Shown here one piece after another: positions 61,901 to 64,000 of a stretch of 64,000 bases of DNA. The stretch's first letter is position 1. Each line of letters begins with the position of its first letter. The stretch comes from Candidatus Geohabitans tengchongensis (GTDB lineage: Bacteria > Sysuimicrobiota > Sysuimicrobiia > Sysuimicrobiales > Humicultoraceae). The notes under the pieces are model-generated. The model had not been told where the DNA came from. It made no database searches and saw nothing but the letters and a program-made list of their open reading frames with translations. The DNA lies in the NCBI GenBank assembly GCA_031459625.1, contig JAVKIH010000003.1, positions 65,199 through 129,198 on the forward strand, written 5' to 3'. The position numbers were made by a program, and so were the translations under genes.

Positions 61901-62650
61901 TACGCCCACCAGCTCCTCTTCCCCATCCCCTACCTGCGACCGGCGCTGGACATCCCCTACGCCCACCACGAGCGGTGGGACGGCAGCGGCTACCCCCAGG
62001 GCCTGCGCGGTGAAGCGATTCCGCTCGCCGCGCGCATCTTCGCCGTGGTGGACGTCTGGGACGCGCTGCGCTCCGACCGCCCCTACCGGCCGGCCTGGCC
62101 GGAGGACCGGGTGATCGCCTACCTCAGGGAGCAGAGCGGCAAGGCCTTCGACCCGCGGGTCGTCGAGGTCTTCCTTCGCCTCCTGGAGCAGCCCGGCCCG
62201 CGCTCCCTCGCCACCGGCGGCGGGGACGGAGGCGGCCACACCACGGGCGGAACCGGGAGCGGGGCACTGCCCGCGCCGTCACCCGCCGGCGCGGACGGCC
62301 GGGCCAGCGCTGAGGGGTCAGCCGCCGGTCAGTGCTCACGCACCGACCAGATCCAGGCGCCGAAGAGCAGGTTCACGATAATGGGAACGACGGCGGTCCG
62401 GGCGTCCAGGACGCCTTCCAGCCACCCGTCCAGGATGTATCCGGCCAGGGCGATGGCCCACACGGCGAAGACCCAGGCCAGCGTGCGCAGCCCCTCCAGG
62501 CGCCAGGCCGTGGCCAGCGCGGCCACACCCACGACGACCAGGCTCGTCCCCCAGGCCGAGAGGAAGACCGGGTGGGGGACGTACAGGGGGAGGACGGCCC
62601 GCGCCAGCGGCGAGGAGAGGAGCAGGAGGACCCCGGCGCTGATCGTGTAG
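58952..62650 (+). CDS. Membrane sensor phosphodiesterase: Cache-like + HAMP + 3 GAF + HD-GYP
   Basis: Two TM helices, HAMP, three GAF ends (AIANA, ALENA, AIDNA), LHDIGK and HHERWDGSGYP. Confidence 0.92.
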   Translation: MLPWMILQKPFSSLRSWIAAVTALAFLPGTALFLLATADQQRQLIRHAHREVQVLTEHAAGEVLNVLYATRQLLVDLAAELQTIRAPAGECSTLLARRLAASAVYVNLGVTALDGPVRCLARSGDGRAPVDAEAIRRAVAHHGLAVGRYQAPQAGRPPVITVAYPLPGGSSQVGRRTAPAAVFALVDLWWLNEVAAGVPLPPGSVLTLLDRQHTVLARSQEPGAWMGRRAPDPGVLQAVAQGRPQVTVQGEDQGGRSVFVGHRALRGPTGDTELVVAVTVPRDALLAELRSHLVRSAFGLLAAALLTLTAAWRTARRVLVVPVERIAGVTRRLTTGDLDARTGGVAGPRELTVLAQAVDEMARALQRRADEAEQAAEAAHAAAEQAQALAHTAQRLNAQLDLPTVLRAVVEETARALRAPAASIALYDEATDRIAIAATYGLPHDYAARAAPQPRAVLDRLVAESHQDLLLVPEALDRQDLPNTALHREAGVRTIVGAPLRRDGHLVGLLTVYALGMPRRFHLEELALLRALGDLAVQAIANATLYTDHVRQLETLSALYASAQKLGISLDLQEVARSITRTCVEVFGVRLAWIGRAEPDGSVRLVTSYPISNDYPTRLRIRWDESPEGRGPTGQALRTGFPQVFNDVAREPPERAWRDRVLAQGFRAAAAFPLLSRERPFGVLLLYSDQAGFFTDERVGLFQALAHQAGAALENARLFAQAEQRLQHLQALHAVGLAIGSSVDLDVTLDVVLSQAVAQLRVDAAAILLYHPERQVLEYAARRGLRPDHLVAPIGLGEGLVGTVAANHRAVFVDDLGHPDAPVHPIAAVEGLVGYAAVPLVAKGVVQGVLEVFRRTPLVTDEEWRALLQALGDQAAIAIDNARLFDALQRSHRDLQEAYEATLEGWVQALDLRDQETHGHTQRVTEMTVRLARAMGIDEPQLVHIRRGALLHDIGKIGIPDTILRKPGPLTEEEWAVVRRHPLYAHQLLFPIPYLRPALDIPYAHHERWDGSGYPQGLRGEAIPLAARIFAVVDVWDALRSDRPYRPAWPEDRVIAYLREQSGKAFDPRVVEVFLRLLEQPGPRSLATGGGDGGGHTTGGTGSGALPAPSPAGADGRASAEGSAAGQCSRTDQIQAPKSRFTIMGTTAVRASRTPSSHPSRMYPARAMAHTAKTQASVRSPSRRQAVASAATPTTTRLVPQAERKTGWGTYRGRTARASGEERSRRTPALIV

Positions 62651-62700
62651 AGCGCCCACAGGACGAGGGCCGGGCGCAGGCCCACCGTCTGCCGCACCAT
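62329..62700 (-). CDS. Small 4-TM membrane protein
   Basis: GGGAGGGAG RBS, hydrophobic, start overlaps the stop of the upstream regulator. Confidence 0.7.
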   Translation of the reverse strand: MVRQTVGLRPALVLWALYTISAGVLLLLSSPLARAVLPLYVPHPVFLSAWGTSLVVVGVAALATAWRLEGLRTLAWVFAVWAIALAGYILDGWLEGVLDARTAVVPIIVNLLFGAWIWSVREH

Positions 62701-63776
62701 CACTCCCTCCCTGCCCCGCCCGCCGCGCCCATAGACGCGGGCCGGCGCCTGCCCATCGCCTCGGCCAGGGCACGCACGATGCGCGCCTCCCACTGCGTCC
62801 CCGCCCCGGCCTCGAGAATGGCCCACGTCTCCTCCTCGGTGCGGGCCGGGCGGTAGGGCCGGTCGTGCGTCATCGCGTCGAAGGCGTCGGCCACGGCCAC
62901 AATCCGCGCCGCCAGCGGGATGGCCTCGCCGGCCAGGCCGTCGGGGTAGCCCCGGCCGTCCCACCGTTCATGGTGGGAGCGGGCGATCTCGGCGGCCAGC
63001 TGGAGCAGCGGCGAGCGGTGGCCGGCCAGGATGGCCGCCCCGATGGTGGTGTGCCGCCGCATCTGGGTCCACTCGTCCGGCGTGAGGGAGCCGGGTTTGA
63101 GCAGGACCTGGTCGGGGATGCCGATCTTCCCCACGTCGTGCAGGGGCGCGGCGCGCACGAGCAGCTCCACGGTGGCGGCCCCCAGGCCAAGGGCCTCGCC
63201 GATCCGCCCGGCCAGCACGCCCACGCGCTGGGTGTGCTCCCCGGTGTCGTCGTCCCGGAATTCGGCCGCGCGGGCCAGCACCTCGAGCGCCTCCAGCCGC
63301 GCTTCGTCCAGCTCCCGGGTGCGCTCCCACACCCGCGCCTCCAGCGTGCGGTTGTGCTCGCGCAACCGCTCGTGGAGGGTGCGGGTCTCCAGGAGGTTGC
63401 GGATGCGCAGCAGCACCTCGGTCGGGTCGAAAGGCTTGGTGAGGAAGTCCCGCGCGCCCCGGCCGAGGGCCTGGCGCTTGGCCTCGGCGGTGACGTCGGC
63501 GGTGAGGACCAGCACCGGCAGGTAGGTCTCGGGAGGGACGGACTCCAGGAGCTGCCCCAGCAGCGTGAGGCCGTCCACGTGGGGCATGTGCAGGTCGAGC
63601 AGCACCAAGTCCGGCTGGAACGCGGTGAAGAGGCCGGAGGCCTCGCGCGCGTCGGTCGTGCTGCGGACTTCCGTGGCCGGCGCCCCGCGGCGCAGGATCG
63701 CCTCGAGCAGCCGGACGTTGGCCTCCTGGTCGTCGACGATGAGGATGCGGGCGCCGTCAGGAAGGGAGGCCGACAT
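62700..63776 (-). CDS. Response regulator with HD-GYP domain (RpfG-like)
   Basis: ILIVDD, LLDLHMP, TKPF; LHDVGK and HHERWDGRGYP. Confidence 0.95.
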   Translation of the reverse strand: MSASLPDGARILIVDDQEANVRLLEAILRRGAPATEVRSTTDAREASGLFTAFQPDLVLLDLHMPHVDGLTLLGQLLESVPPETYLPVLVLTADVTAEAKRQALGRGARDFLTKPFDPTEVLLRIRNLLETRTLHERLREHNRTLEARVWERTRELDEARLEALEVLARAAEFRDDDTGEHTQRVGVLAGRIGEALGLGAATVELLVRAAPLHDVGKIGIPDQVLLKPGSLTPDEWTQMRRHTTIGAAILAGHRSPLLQLAAEIARSHHERWDGRGYPDGLAGEAIPLAARIVAVADAFDAMTHDRPYRPARTEEETWAILEAGAGTQWEARIVRALAEAMGRRRPASMGAAGGAGRE

Positions 63777-64000
63777 GGCGGCCCTCGCGCCGTTCCAGTG
63801 CCCGGTCGAGGAGCTCCAGCAGGCGGCGGACGTCCAGCGGTTTGGTCAGGTACTCCTGCGCGCCCATGGCGCGCAGCCGCTCGATCTGGTGGGGGGTGGC
63901 GTCGGCGCTGATCACCACCACGGGGATCTCCCGGGTCTGGGGCTGAGCCTGCAGGCGGCGCAGGACCTCGTCCCCGGGCATGTCCGGCAGGTGCAGGTCG
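63757..64000 (-). CDS. C-terminal receiver domain, probably of a hybrid sensor kinase (5' part outside window)
   Basis: DLHLPDMPG...VVVISADA...YLTKP; frame is open to the window edge. Confidence 0.85.
   Translation of the reverse strand, partial: DLHLPDMPGDEVLRRLQAQPQTREIPVVVISADATPHQIERLRAMGAQEYLTKPLDVRRLLELLDRALERREGRHVGLPS

Overview
High-GC bacterial chromosomal segment, mostly core genome. The Lpt envelope genes (diderm) together with a T-box, a Gram-positive-type LexA box and PdxST suggest a diderm Terrabacteria lineage such as Armatimonadota or relatives; this is inference only. Left to right: lptF/G-lptC-lptA-lptD-like operon; secreted proteins, lipoproteins and a subtilase; mutS-mutL-miaA-dapL-hflX-HAD; lexA; a stand-alone tyrosine recombinase with a 28-bp dif-like site just upstream, close to where gene orientation flips from + to -; pdxS-pdxT behind an FMN-riboswitch-like RNA with altered core nucleotides; a TPP-riboswitch thiamine salvage operon; a class Ic (Mn/Fe-type) ribonucleotide reductase under two NrdR boxes and a cobalamin riboswitch; a paaF/G/H/J-like operon with a zinc-ribbon crotonase; T-box valS; tig-clpP-clpX-lon; three tRNAs; then an accessory region with a chimeric GtrA ORF, ArsR, csoR-copA-copZ, a c-di-GMP-I riboswitch, a VWA protein and two HD-GYP proteins. 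Best candidates for something undescribed are (1) the variant FMN-type riboswitch on vitamin B6 synthesis, a possible PLP sensor, and (2) the single-Xer/dif locus. All calls come from reading motifs by eye; no searches or computations were run, and start codons are best estimates.
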